This document shows positions 48,491 to 58,302 of a DNA stretch of 64,000 nucleotides, piece after piece. How positions within the stretch are numbered: the stretch's first letter is position 1; each line of letters starts with the position of its first letter. The DNA comes from Candidatus Jordarchaeales archaeon. GTDB lineage: Archaea; Asgardarchaeota; Jordiarchaeia; Jordiarchaeales; Freyrarchaeaceae. A program made the translations under genes and the position numbers. The stretch is taken from assembly GCA_038858525.1 (NCBI GenBank), contig JAWCFL010000006.1:3442-67441 (forward strand), read 5' to 3'. The notes beneath the pieces were generated by a model. It was not told the origin of the DNA, did not search any database, and worked only from the letters and a program-made list of their open reading frames with translations.

Positions 48491-50074
48491 GTGGAGGAGA
48501 ACATGAAGAGAGCGGCATGGAGAACTTACATGGCAGTGTTGCTAGTAGGAGTGCTGGCGCTCACATTGGTAGCAATGCAAATATCAACGCCAGCACAAGC
48601 ACAAACACAACGAACGATACAAAAGGCTCAAATGACATGGGCAAAAACGTATGGAGGAACGTATGGCGACTCCGCTTTTCGTGTGGCTGTTGATGGTCAG
48701 GGGAACATCATAGTGGTAGGCGAAACATGGTCCTTTGGTGCTGGTGGTAGTGACGTTTGGGTCTTGAAGCTTGACCCTAACGGGGACCCAACATGGCAGA
48801 AGGCGTATGGAGGAACGTATGGCGACTCCGCTTTTCGTGTGGCTGTTGATGGTCAGGGGAACATCATAGTGGTAGGCGAAACATGGTCCTTTGGTGCTGG
48901 TGGTAGTGACGTTTGGGTCTTGAAGCTGAACGCCTCAGGTAACGTCATCTGGCAGAAAGGATACGGAGGAGAGAGCAAAGATTACGCTTGGGGTGTTGCT
49001 GTTGATTCTCAGGGAAATATAATAGTAGCGGGAGGAACTGAATCCTTTGGTGCTGGTGGTAGTGACGTTTGGGTCTTGAAGCTGGACCCTAACGGGGAAC
49101 CAACATGGCAGAAGACATATGGGGGAGCGAGCAACGAGTGTGCTCTTGATGTTGCCTTTGATGTTCAAGGAAACATTATAGTGTCAGGGTACACTTACTC
49201 CTTTGGTGCTGGTGGCAGTGACGTTTGGGTCTTGAAGCTGGACCCTAACGGGGAACCAACATGGCAGAAGACGTATGGAGGAATAAACGACGACTATGCT
49301 TCTGGCGTTACTGTTGATGCTCAGGGGAGCATAATAGTAGCGGGAGGCACAAACTCCTCTAGAGCTGGGGGATGGAACGTTTGGGTTTTGAAGCTTAACA
49401 GCTCAGGAGACACCATATGGCAGAAAACGTATGGGGAAGCGAAGACTGACGTTGCCTATGATGTTACTGTCAACGCCCAAGGAAACATTATAGTGTCAGG
49501 GTACACTTACTCCTTTGGTGCTGGTGGCAGTGACGTTTGGGTCTTGAAGCTGGACCCTAACGGGGAACCAACATGGCAGAAGACGTACGGAGGAACTTAT
49601 GAGGACTGTGCTATGGGAGTTGCCGCCGATAATGAAGGTATAATTGTGGCTGGGTTTACGTCATCCTTTGGTGCTGGGCTTCGAGACCTCTGGGTTTTGC
49701 GTATAAGTTCGAATGGTGAAATTTACAATTCAATATCCGAATTCACCATAAAAAATACTAGCGTGGCGCCTACAACAACAGCGGCTTCCCCCTCACCTAC
49801 TAACGCTGCAATTTTATCGACGAACGCGAACTTGAGCGATACGCAAGCAATAATAACAAATACCAACGCGGCAATAAACACGCAGGCACCGCCTTCCCCA
49901 TCCTTTTCACCACCTATTGAGGAGCAGTTTTTGCTTCTGCTTCTAGTCCTCGGGTTGTATGACTCGGTGGAGAATGCATCTCGAAGTAGTGTGGTTTCCA
50001 TTGGCTTTTTCATAATTCTTTTTGGCGACATCAGTTTGTACGTTTTTCTTTATCGAAGGTGGAGACTTGCGTGA
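48491..50074 (+). CDS. Secreted beta-propeller (SBBP-like) repeat protein with a Thr/Ala/Ser/Pro-rich stalk and a C-terminal hydrophobic anchor
   Basis: It has a signal peptide and about 8 repeats of 52 aa (YGGTYGDSAFRVAVDGQGNIIVVGETWSFGAGGSDVWVLKLDPNGDPTWQK), then a low-complexity stalk, then the LLLLLVLGL and FFIILFG hydrophobic segments. Confidence 0.6.
   Translation: MEENMKRAAWRTYMAVLLVGVLALTLVAMQISTPAQAQTQRTIQKAQMTWAKTYGGTYGDSAFRVAVDGQGNIIVVGETWSFGAGGSDVWVLKLDPNGDPTWQKAYGGTYGDSAFRVAVDGQGNIIVVGETWSFGAGGSDVWVLKLNASGNVIWQKGYGGESKDYAWGVAVDSQGNIIVAGGTESFGAGGSDVWVLKLDPNGEPTWQKTYGGASNECALDVAFDVQGNIIVSGYTYSFGAGGSDVWVLKLDPNGEPTWQKTYGGINDDYASGVTVDAQGSIIVAGGTNSSRAGGWNVWVLKLNSSGDTIWQKTYGEAKTDVAYDVTVNAQGNIIVSGYTYSFGAGGSDVWVLKLDPNGEPTWQKTYGGTYEDCAMGVAADNEGIIVAGFTSSFGAGLRDLWVLRISSNGEIYNSISEFTIKNTSVAPTTTAASPSPTNAAILSTNANLSDTQAIITNTNAAINTQAPPSPSFSPPIEEQFLLLLLVLGLYDSVENASRSSVVSIGFFIILFGDISLYVFLYRRWRLA
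48651..48929 (+). repeat. Two consecutive, near-identical 156-nt repeat units within the SBBP gene. Shorter identical about 70-nt segments recur near 49045, 49205 and 49511.
   Basis: Direct comparison of the sequence (48651..48773 against 48807..48929). Confidence 0.85.
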
Positions 50075-50867
50075 AGCTCCTGACGGAAGCCCCGTCCTCT
50101 CCTGGCGCAGTTACTATTATAAGTAGCAACGTGCGAAAATGCATTTGCAATAGTAATTAATCTATTCATTTTTAATCTAAGCTTCAATCTGAGTAGTAAT
50201 TAATTAAATCATAGAGCTCTTAACGGTAAATTGGCATGGTTACTCGGTGGTTTGATGGAGTTTTCCGCTATTAAAGATGAAGGTCTTGAACGTCTTGTGC
50301 GATTAAAAGCTAAATAGTTGCTCGGCAGTTTCCAGATATATAACTTATTGAGGTTGAAGCCGCCTAAAATTTGCCTAATATGTGGCGAGACAAATGAGCT
50401 GAATGGGCGCGTCTTAAGTGTATGTGAGACTTAAGCGGTAGGATTCTGAACTGCGTAGTCTTTGGTAGACTTGTGTAGCTCTTGGTTTTCATCGAGCCCG
50501 TTCTGGGCTCACATCGCTCTCTAACCCTGTCGAGTCGAACCCGCCCCATACATCCACGCCAAGCCCTTTCGAGCCTGAGGTCATCTGTATGGGGAAAGTC
50601 CCCCCATCTGAAGGTGGCATCATCCGTAGGAAGCCATGCTTCCAGAGCAGAGCCCGGCTCCGGAAAGGTTAATGAGCAAGTCTATTTAAATCTATCTTGA
50701 AACTGTTTTTTGAAGGCGCTTCGCCGCCGTTTTTGGCATTGTAAATTTCCGGCGTGCCGCCCTTATCGTTGGCGGTGAAAACCCCTCGGGAGCTTTAATC
50801 GTGGAAGATGAGAAAGGTAGAATCTGTTGACCCCACGAAGGTGGAATCATCGTTGAGGAGATAGTGA

Positions 50868-51386
50868 TTAATCTTTTATTTCGTCGTTTGTTGTTTCCCA
50901 GAGCCACTCTAGAGGGTTTTCCGTTTCTACAAATTTGAATTGTTTAAAGTCCTTTATGTTTTCTGTCCATATGAATTCCACTTTTCCTCTTGCTGTGCAA
51001 GCTAGTAGTGCGTCGAAGAAGTCTCCGCCTCTTAGTCCGATTCTTTCAGCCTCAAGCACCGCTTCCCTGTAATCTTCGATTGTCGGCTGCAGTTTCCGTA
51101 TTGCAGTTGACTTAAGGTAGGCTGTGCATATTTCGGCTGCGCGGCTTGGGCTTAGAGGGTTCTGAACCTTCCTGCTCGTGATGACCGAGTAGAGCTCGGC
51201 TATGTTTTGGAGGCTGACGTATGCCTCCAGGAATCCTAGGACTGCAGCCTTGATTATCACTGCCGCGCCTCTGTTACTGGGACTTAACTCGTCACTGGCA
51301 TAGCAAAGGATCATTGTGTCGAGTAAAACGCGTTTCCCGTAGTGCTCGGTTTCAGTTATATCCACTCCGTTAACGAGTATCCTCAT
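50868..51386 (-). CDS. vapC: PIN-domain VapC-like toxin
   Basis: It has the conserved acidic residues in LLDTMIL, FFDALLACTA and IWTEN. It overlaps the upstream antitoxin ORF by 17 nt. Confidence 0.65.
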   Translation of the reverse strand: MRILVNGVDITETEHYGKRVLLDTMILCYASDELSPSNRGAAVIIKAAVLGFLEAYVSLQNIAELYSVITSRKVQNPLSPSRAAEICTAYLKSTAIRKLQPTIEDYREAVLEAERIGLRGGDFFDALLACTARGKVEFIWTENIKDFKQFKFVETENPLEWLWETTNDEIKD

Positions 51387-51612
51387 ATATTTCCCTTCTG
51401 CTGAGGTGTGGGACGCCGATTTTCGCGGGCTTTTCTAGGATTTCGAGGAGCTTCTCGTCCGCGGTTTTCCTCTTGAGTTTCGCCTCGAAGCTCCTACTGC
51501 TTGTCAGCCTGATTTCGAGCTTGTCTCCGTCTTCAAGTCCAAGGGCCTCCCTCACCTCTACGGGAATGTAAAGCTTGCCCTTATGGTATGTTCCGACTCC
51601 CAAGCTGGACAC
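51370..51612 (-). CDS. vapB: AbrB/SpoVT-type (swapped-hairpin) VapB-like antitoxin
   Basis: The KLYIPVEVREALGLEDGDKLEIRL pattern is typical of an AbrB/MazE fold. 80 aa, immediately upstream of the PIN gene. Confidence 0.6.
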   Translation of the reverse strand: MSSLGVGTYHKGKLYIPVEVREALGLEDGDKLEIRLTSSRSFEAKLKRKTADEKLLEILEKPAKIGVPHLSRREIYEDTR

Positions 51613-51745
51613 CTAGTAACCACAATAGTTAAAGGCCAATATAAAAGTTGCCAAAAACAGAGTGGGCACCAAACTTGAAGGTCAACGCTCCGACTAGCAA
51701 CGTCTTAGAAACTCTTATAGGCTTCGGCTCATGTAACCGTTCCAT

Positions 51746-54289
51746 ATGAGTGTGTGTTACGCTGACCGGTTTTACTCGAAAGACGAAATCTTATCACTTC
51801 TCCACCCTAAAGTTGCTAGGTGGTATTCTCGCTTTGAGCCCACTCCTCCCCAGTCGATGGCTATCCCGCTAATCCACCGCGGCGAGAACGTGCTTATCAC
51901 CAGCCCGACTGGGACGGGTAAGACGCTTGCAGCCTTCCTCACCATAATGAGCGAGCTCGCCTTCATGGAGTGGAACGGCGTCCTCGAGGACAAGGTCTAC
52001 GCCGTCTACGTAAGCCCACTGAGGGCCCTCAACAATGATATAAAGCGTAACCTGCTGTCCCCCCTTGAGGAGATGGGGCTTGACTTCGTAAGAGTTTCGG
52101 TGAGGACGGGGGACACCCCTGCGAACGAGAGGCAAAAAATGCTCAGGAAGCCTCCTCATATACTGATAACGACCCCTGAAACCCTAGCCATAGTGCTTAA
52201 CGCGACGAGGTTCAGGGACAAGCTTGAGCCGCGCTGGGTCGTAGTCGACGAGATCCACGCTCTCTTCGAGAGCAAGAGGGGTGCTCACCTTTCGCTTAGC
52301 CTCGAAAGGCTAAACCACCAAGCGTCATTTCAGAGGATAGGGCTCTCAGCCACAATATGGCCTCTCGACGAGGTTGCCCGCTTCCTCGTGGGGGAGGGAA
52401 GAAGTTGCGTGGTCGTTAACGCCTCATACGCCAAGGAGAAGGATATAAGGGTTGAAACTCCCGTCCCGGACCTCGTCCACATTGAAGCGGAGAAGCTTAA
52501 CAGGGAAATGTATAGAAGGCTGGGCGAGATAATAGACGAGCACAGGACGACGCTCGTCTTCACGAACACGCGTTCCGGAGCCGAGAAGGTCGCCTTCCAC
52601 CTTCAGGACAGCGTCGACATAGATGATATCGGAACGCACCACGGTAGCCTCTCGAGGGATGTCAGACTGGACGTCGAGGAGAAACTTAAGAACGGCGAGC
52701 TCAAGGTGGTTGTGAGCTCTACGAGCCTCGAGCTGGGAATAGACATAGGATACATAGACTGCGTCGTTCAGATAGGGTCCCCGAAGAGCATAACGAGGTG
52801 TCTTCAGAGGATAGGGAGGGCGGGCCACAGGATAAGGGATGTTTCGAAGGGCGTGCTGCTATGCATGAGTCACGATGACCTTTTAGAGTGTGCTGTTATG
52901 GTTAAGTGCGCCTATGACGGCGTCCTTGACAGGGCTTCCCATCCTCAGAACGCCCTTGACGTCCTCGCCCAGCACTTGGTGGGGATGGCTTTAGAGCGGA
53001 AGTGGAATGCTGAGGAAGCGTTTAACGTTGTGAGAAGGTCTTACAGTTTCAGAAGCCTCTCTTGGGATGACTTTGAGAGCGCCCTGAAGTATCTGTCCGG
53101 CGGATATGGGCTTGAGCCATACAAGGTTTACGGCAAAGTCTGGTACGACGAGCACGACAGGGTTTTTGGTAGGCGGGGGAAGTATGCGAGAGTAATATAC
53201 ATGCTCAACCTTGGAACCATACCGGACGAGGTGGCGATAAAGGTTTACGCGCTCCCCGGCAAGAGATACGTAGGCAACATTGAGGAGGAGTTCCTCGAGA
53301 GGCTCGAGCCCGGCGACATATTTGTCCTCGGAGGAAGAGTCTACGAGTTCGTCAGGGCAAGCGGGCTGAACGCCTACGTTAAAGACGCCAAGGGCAAGAA
53401 GCCCACTATACCGTCTTGGTTTAGCGAGATGCTTCCGCTGAGCTTCGACCTAGCGTGCGAAATTAGGCGCTTCATAGAGAAAGTCTTCAGGGGGGAAATA
53501 GGCGAGGAGGAGCTGAAAGAGGAGTACAGGGTTAGCGATTGGGCTGCCAAGGCGATCCTGAACTTCCTGCGGCTCGAGAAAGAGTTTCTTGGAAAGCTTG
53601 GAATAGAGGTTAACGGGAGAAGCCTGCTCGTGGAGGAGTTTGAGGACGAGGATGGAAGGCAGAACTTTCTGTTCATGTTTCTCTTCGGTAGGCGTGTCAA
53701 CGATGCCTTATCGAGAGCTTATGCGTGGGTTGCGAGCAGAGAAGTAGGGGCTAACGTTGGCCTAGCAGTCACCGACCACGGCTTCATGCTCACTGTTCCC
53801 CGCAAGAGAAAGCTCGATGTCCGTCTCGTTGTAAGCAAGGTTTCCTCATCCAACCTTAGAGACGTCCTCTCGAAGGCCATCAGGAGCACTGAAATGTTCA
53901 GGAGGAGGTTCCGCCACGTTGCTGCTAGGAGCTTCATGGTTCTCAGAAACTACAAGGGGCACGAGATAGGGGCTAGAAGACAGATGAGGAACGCGGAGGT
54001 CCTCATGAAAGCTGTCTCAGAGTTCGACGGCTTCCCAATAGTAAAAGAGACCGAGAGAGAAATAATGGAGGACGTCATGGACGTCAAGAACGCCATTGAA
54101 GTACTTAAGTCAATAGAAAGAGGGGAGCTGGAGATAATCCACGTCAAAACCCCGGTTCCCAGCCCATTAGCTCACGGAGTATACCTTTCAGGCCTTTCAG
54201 ACGTGGTCCTTATGGAGGACAGACTCAAGCTGCTGGAATACCTCTACCAGAGAGTGGTGGAGGAGTCCTCTTGTGGGGAAAACCACTAG
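51746..54289 (+). CDS. lhr: Lhr-type DExH-box helicase (Lhr-core)
   Basis: Motif I is TSPTGTGKT, the DExH box is VVDEIHAL and motif VI is QRIGRAGHR. The Lhr-typical N-terminus is LHPKVARWYSRFEPTPPQSMAIP. 847 aa. Confidence 0.8.
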   Translation: MSVCYADRFYSKDEILSLLHPKVARWYSRFEPTPPQSMAIPLIHRGENVLITSPTGTGKTLAAFLTIMSELAFMEWNGVLEDKVYAVYVSPLRALNNDIKRNLLSPLEEMGLDFVRVSVRTGDTPANERQKMLRKPPHILITTPETLAIVLNATRFRDKLEPRWVVVDEIHALFESKRGAHLSLSLERLNHQASFQRIGLSATIWPLDEVARFLVGEGRSCVVVNASYAKEKDIRVETPVPDLVHIEAEKLNREMYRRLGEIIDEHRTTLVFTNTRSGAEKVAFHLQDSVDIDDIGTHHGSLSRDVRLDVEEKLKNGELKVVVSSTSLELGIDIGYIDCVVQIGSPKSITRCLQRIGRAGHRIRDVSKGVLLCMSHDDLLECAVMVKCAYDGVLDRASHPQNALDVLAQHLVGMALERKWNAEEAFNVVRRSYSFRSLSWDDFESALKYLSGGYGLEPYKVYGKVWYDEHDRVFGRRGKYARVIYMLNLGTIPDEVAIKVYALPGKRYVGNIEEEFLERLEPGDIFVLGGRVYEFVRASGLNAYVKDAKGKKPTIPSWFSEMLPLSFDLACEIRRFIEKVFRGEIGEEELKEEYRVSDWAAKAILNFLRLEKEFLGKLGIEVNGRSLLVEEFEDEDGRQNFLFMFLFGRRVNDALSRAYAWVASREVGANVGLAVTDHGFMLTVPRKRKLDVRLVVSKVSSSNLRDVLSKAIRSTEMFRRRFRHVAARSFMVLRNYKGHEIGARRQMRNAEVLMKAVSEFDGFPIVKETEREIMEDVMDVKNAIEVLKSIERGELEIIHVKTPVPSPLAHGVYLSGLSDVVLMEDRLKLLEYLYQRVVEESSCGENH

Positions 54290-54978
54290 AGAACCTGGGC
54301 CTCATGATAGAAGATGTGGGCGTGCTCGCCGTAGCAGACCTCCACCTGGGTTACGAGGACGTGCTGAGGGAAGAAGGCCTCTTTATCACCAGCCAGTACC
54401 CCAAAATAAAGGAAATGATCCTCGAAATGATAAACACTCACTCCCCCGACATCCTCATAATCAACGGAGACTTCAAACACGAGTTTGGAGAGGCAAGCCT
54501 CCAAGAGTGGGTTGAGGTGAGAGACCTCATCGAAGCCCTCCTGAAAGAGAAAGTTAAACTCGCATTCATTCGGGGCAACCACGATAACTTCATCGTCACC
54601 CTCATGAAGAAATACGAGCTCCCGCTAGAAGTCGAAGTCAAAATAGAAGACTACCTTTTCCTCCACGGGCACCGCACCCCCTCACAAACCGCCGAAAAAA
54701 TAGTGATAGGACACGAGCACCCTTCAGTTCTGTTAAGGGACGAGTTCGGGACAAAGTTCAGGTACAAAGCCTTCCTCATGGGAAACTACGCCGAAAAGGA
54801 GCTGGTAGTACTGCCCTCAATGCACCCCCTAGCCACCGGAACCCTGATAAACAAAGAACGGGACTACATGTCCCCGCTGCTGAAATTCACAGACGTCGGA
54901 GAATTCACACCATACCTGGTTGAGCCAGGAGTTACCGTGAAAAAATTTCCAAAAGTAAAGAACCTCCGCGACATATGA
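54271..54978 (+). CDS. Calcineurin-like metallophosphoesterase (MPE) partnered with Lhr
   Basis: DLHLG, GDFKHE, GNHDN and GHEHP metallophosphoesterase motifs. It overlaps the lhr stop. Confidence 0.7.
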   Translation: MWGKPLENLGLMIEDVGVLAVADLHLGYEDVLREEGLFITSQYPKIKEMILEMINTHSPDILIINGDFKHEFGEASLQEWVEVRDLIEALLKEKVKLAFIRGNHDNFIVTLMKKYELPLEVEVKIEDYLFLHGHRTPSQTAEKIVIGHEHPSVLLRDEFGTKFRYKAFLMGNYAEKELVVLPSMHPLATGTLINKERDYMSPLLKFTDVGEFTPYLVEPGVTVKKFPKVKNLRDI

Positions 54979-54996
54979 CCCAACCAAAAAAGATAA

Positions 54997-55992
54997 ATGA
55001 AAAAAATCAGAAAAAATATCGAATGTCATGCGACTTTTAGCAGGCAATTAACCCCTGTGGGAGGAGGTCTATTGTCGATTGCTATTGAAACTTTCGACTT
55101 AACCAAGGTCTACTCGAAGCTTGTCGCCGTCGACAGGCTCAACATTAAAGTTCCTGAGAAATGTGTCTTCGGCTTTCTTGGCCCGAACGGGGCGGGCAAA
55201 ACAACCACGGTTAAGATGCTGACAGGCCTCACGCCTCCAACTAAGGGAACCGCTACGGTCATGGGCTGGGACATAATGTGCGACATGGAGCAAATAAGGA
55301 ACATCATCGGATTCCTGCCCGAGTACTTCCCTAAGCCAAAGGAGAAAGCTCTAAAATATCTCGTCACGCTGGCGAGCTTCAACAGCATGAGAGACAGAAG
55401 GAGCCTAAAGAAGCAAGCCGAGGAACTGCTGGAGCTCGTCGGCCTATGGGACGTGAGGAACAAGAAGGTTTCCAAGTTCAGCATGGGCATGTTTAAGAGG
55501 TGGCTTCTGGCCAACGCCCTCATGGGCGACCCCGAAGTCCTCCTCCTAGACGAGCCAACCGCTAACCTAGACCCAATAGGCAGAGCAGAAATACTGGAGT
55601 TGACCCGCAATCTCAGCAGGGAGCGCACAGTATTCCTCAACAGCCACGTTCTCCCCGAAGTCGAAAAAGTAGCAGACCACGTCGCGATAATAAACAAGGG
55701 GCGCCTCATAATCCAAGCGAAAATCACCGAACTCAAAAACATAGTCAAAGTGGAAACTCACTCATACATCATCAGCAGCGATAACAACGAGAAACTCGCA
55801 AACTTCCTCCGAAAAGCAGGCATAGACACAAAAATCACGGACTCAGGAGTAGAAGCATCAACAAGAGACCCAAAGGAACTCTGGATACGCCTCGTGGAAG
55901 CATACCAAGAAACCGGAACGCTCATCTACGAGTTCAAAGAGACCGGAAGAGAACTAGAAGACATCTTCCTAAAACTAGTTGAAGGTGAATAA
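54997..55992 (+). CDS. ABC transporter ATP-binding protein. A likely alternative TTG start lies at 55072, after GGAGG.
   Basis: Walker A is GPNGAGKTT, the signature is FSMGMFKR (LSGG-like) and Walker B is LLLDEP. Confidence 0.75.
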   Translation: MKKIRKNIECHATFSRQLTPVGGGLLSIAIETFDLTKVYSKLVAVDRLNIKVPEKCVFGFLGPNGAGKTTTVKMLTGLTPPTKGTATVMGWDIMCDMEQIRNIIGFLPEYFPKPKEKALKYLVTLASFNSMRDRRSLKKQAEELLELVGLWDVRNKKVSKFSMGMFKRWLLANALMGDPEVLLLDEPTANLDPIGRAEILELTRNLSRERTVFLNSHVLPEVEKVADHVAIINKGRLIIQAKITELKNIVKVETHSYIISSDNNEKLANFLRKAGIDTKITDSGVEASTRDPKELWIRLVEAYQETGTLIYEFKETGRELEDIFLKLVEGE

Positions 55993-55994
55993 AC

Positions 55995-57203
55995 TTGACC
56001 TGGCAAATAAGGCTCAAAGCCATGACAAGATATGAAGCCGCAAAATTCGTTAAAGCCCTCCCACTAAACATCATATTCCTACTAATCGCCTGCTGGGTCT
56101 CCTCCTTCTTAACGCAAGGCATAACTGTCAGTATTGACAGTAAATTATCTTATCTAATTCAAGCATTCATTATAAGAGAAACGAACCCTCCGTCTCCCAT
56201 TTATTCTTACTTTCATTACTATCTTTCTCAGCTAGATATGGCTTTTGAAGCTTTTAGTTTCCTTCCAGATCCCCTGAGAGGATACCTTGCACTGGTGTTC
56301 TTATTTAGGGGCGATATTGTTCAGGCCTCGTTCGGTATTCAATTTGTTTTTCCTATGTTTCTAGTATCTATGGTGCCCTTCGCTATGCTTCGCACAAGCA
56401 GAATTAAGGGAGACGAGGTTTACCTGTTCGTGAGACTTGACAGAAGCAAGCTTCTAGTCTTTCGAAGCATAATGAACGCGCTTCTATACTCTCTCCTAGT
56501 AACCTTTCTAGTACACATCTCAAAAATATACGTCATAAACAATAATGTTTCACTATATCTCTTTAGTCCAGTAATTGAGTGGATGACACCCTCACATTCC
56601 ATCATACTCCCAGTATTTATCTTCCTGCTCTTCATCCAAGCCATCATGGCGCTAATCAACATTTACTCTTCCCGTGCAACATTTATCGTTCCATTGTTTT
56701 TGCTTATTACTTTCATGTTCCAACAGCTACTGCTGTCCTCTTTAATTTCACAGGTATCACCTGAAGTTACGGGTAGAACTATTCTTTCTTTACTTCCAAG
56801 TTCAAGCCTTCAATTTCCACCTCAATATCAGTCTCAACAACAGCTTCTACTAATGTTAATCCAGCTCCTCATGGCAAGAGAAGCTATTTCCAACTTTTGT
56901 TTACTTCCTCTCGGCCAACTTTCAGTGTTAATTCATGCTGCTAGTAGCTTGATGAGTGGAGTTTGGTGTCTCGCGCTTTTCGACCCAGCCCAGCTTCTCA
57001 AGGAAGCCATGATAGTCCTTCCGGACAGCGTGCTCATAGGGCAAGACGTCGGCCTCCTGCCCCAGGCACTGCAGGTTCTGGTGGTGATCGAATCTATCTC
57101 CAAGCCACTATACGATTTGTCGGCAACACTTGCCTACTTACTCTACCCAACAGCGGCTCTTCTCTCCTTCGCAGCAATAATATTCGGAAGAAAAACAGTA
57201 TGA
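55995..57203 (+). CDS. ABC-2-type transporter permease (polytopic membrane protein)
   Basis: 402 aa with multiple hydrophobic helices. It follows the ABC ATPase immediately, with a 2-nt gap. Confidence 0.5.
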   Translation: MTWQIRLKAMTRYEAAKFVKALPLNIIFLLIACWVSSFLTQGITVSIDSKLSYLIQAFIIRETNPPSPIYSYFHYYLSQLDMAFEAFSFLPDPLRGYLALVFLFRGDIVQASFGIQFVFPMFLVSMVPFAMLRTSRIKGDEVYLFVRLDRSKLLVFRSIMNALLYSLLVTFLVHISKIYVINNNVSLYLFSPVIEWMTPSHSIILPVFIFLLFIQAIMALINIYSSRATFIVPLFLLITFMFQQLLLSSLISQVSPEVTGRTILSLLPSSSLQFPPQYQSQQQLLLMLIQLLMAREAISNFCLLPLGQLSVLIHAASSLMSGVWCLALFDPAQLLKEAMIVLPDSVLIGQDVGLLPQALQVLVVIESISKPLYDLSATLAYLLYPTAALLSFAAIIFGRKTV

Positions 57204-57341
57204 AGCAAGTTGAAGTGAGCTAGAGCCCCTGGAAGCGAGTTCGTTTATCGGGTGTTGCAACACCGTAGGAGCAGGGTGGCATATGCCTTAAGTGTATGTG
57301 CCTCGTCTTCCAAAGTCGCCTGATAGCTGTGAGTTTAAACT

Positions 57342-58301
57342 TTGAATTCTCGGAATGCTTTAAATAAACAGTGCCCCCTCATGTTCAGACCGGTGAGCGG
57401 CTTGTTTTCCGTTTTCGTCTTCGGTCTTATCCCTGAGTCCTCCGGGAAGACGACGGTGTGTATGGCTGTCGCTAGAGGTTTGCGTCTCCGAGGGTGGAAT
57501 GTGGGAGCTTTTAAGCCTAGGTCCGGGCACAGTTACTGGTATCACCATGACATATACGTTAAGTGCCGTGGGGAGGGGCGCCTTTACTCGTGGGACATAC
57601 TGCGTCTTTCCCATGCATGCGAATACGTCCTTTTTCCGCTTGAAGTCCTCAACCCAGTTGACGCGCTCTTTAGCCCACCTGACAGGCTTACCCTTGACCC
57701 ACACCTCGTTGAGGTTCACTTCGCCAACCCGTTTTTCGAGCTCGTCGCTGAGCGCTACACCCTGCTGAATGACACACCCCAAGTTACCATTTGCCTAAAT
57801 GGCGTAAACCTCGAAACGGATAACCTCCTCTTCAAGGACTGGAGCTACATTGAAGAGCTCAAGAGGAAAGCCGGCAGAGTAATCGTGGTCGAAAGCCTCG
57901 AGGAGTGGAACGAAGTTTACTCCCGCTACGCGCCTCTAGCCATAAGAAGCTGTTACGGTGCGGTCTGCCGGAGAAGCGATGTGGTCGTGGTGGAAGGCTT
58001 CAACGACGCGGTGTGCCCCGACCCGGAGTTGAGCTTCGACTTGGCTCTCGGAGTCTCACCAGGAGCAGTCTTCATGTATGACGGAGAGCGTCTCAGGACG
58101 GCGGTTGAAGCGGCCGCCACATCCTCAAGGGATCCGAGGAATCTTGAGGCGAGAAGCGTAATAGACCTCCTGAAGCCTGAAGCCGCCATTAAGACCCCGG
58201 TCCTCACTTCGCGAGACGTAGCCGACAGCGACAAGTTAGCCTTAAAACTAGGTGAGTTGGTCGACAAGGTAGAGGAAAAAATGAAGCAGATCGCTATATG
58301 A
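57342..58301 (+). CDS. P-loop NTPase-like hypothetical protein (BioD/CobQ/MinD-like N-terminus). The real start is probably the internal Met at 57381.
   Basis: VFGLIPESSGKTTVCMAVARGL is P-loop-like. Confidence 0.3.
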   Translation: MNSRNALNKQCPLMFRPVSGLFSVFVFGLIPESSGKTTVCMAVARGLRLRGWNVGAFKPRSGHSYWYHHDIYVKCRGEGRLYSWDILRLSHACEYVLFPLEVLNPVDALFSPPDRLTLDPHLVEVHFANPFFELVAERYTLLNDTPQVTICLNGVNLETDNLLFKDWSYIEELKRKAGRVIVVESLEEWNEVYSRYAPLAIRSCYGAVCRRSDVVVVEGFNDAVCPDPELSFDLALGVSPGAVFMYDGERLRTAVEAAATSSRDPRNLEARSVIDLLKPEAAIKTPVLTSRDVADSDKLALKLGELVDKVEEKMKQIAI

Positions 58302-58302
58302 G

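Noticed and set aside
50364-50907. Three short overlapping ORFs (61-72 aa) between the SBBP gene and vapC
   Set aside because: They overlap one another on both strands and lack RBSs. Their translations are low-complexity. The region is better treated as noncoding and possibly structured RNA.
55110-55748. 212-aa minus-strand ORF inside the ABC ATPase gene
   Set aside because: It is antisense to a gene with a clear Walker A/B and signature. The translation is Ser/Arg-rich junk.
57251-57264. 14-nt perfect palindrome ggtgttgcaacacc, 48 nt downstream of the ABC permease stop, considered as a terminator
   Set aside because: It is not followed by a T-rich tract of the kind archaeal terminators require. 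It is probably a chance palindrome or a protein-binding site, and the evidence is insufficient to call.
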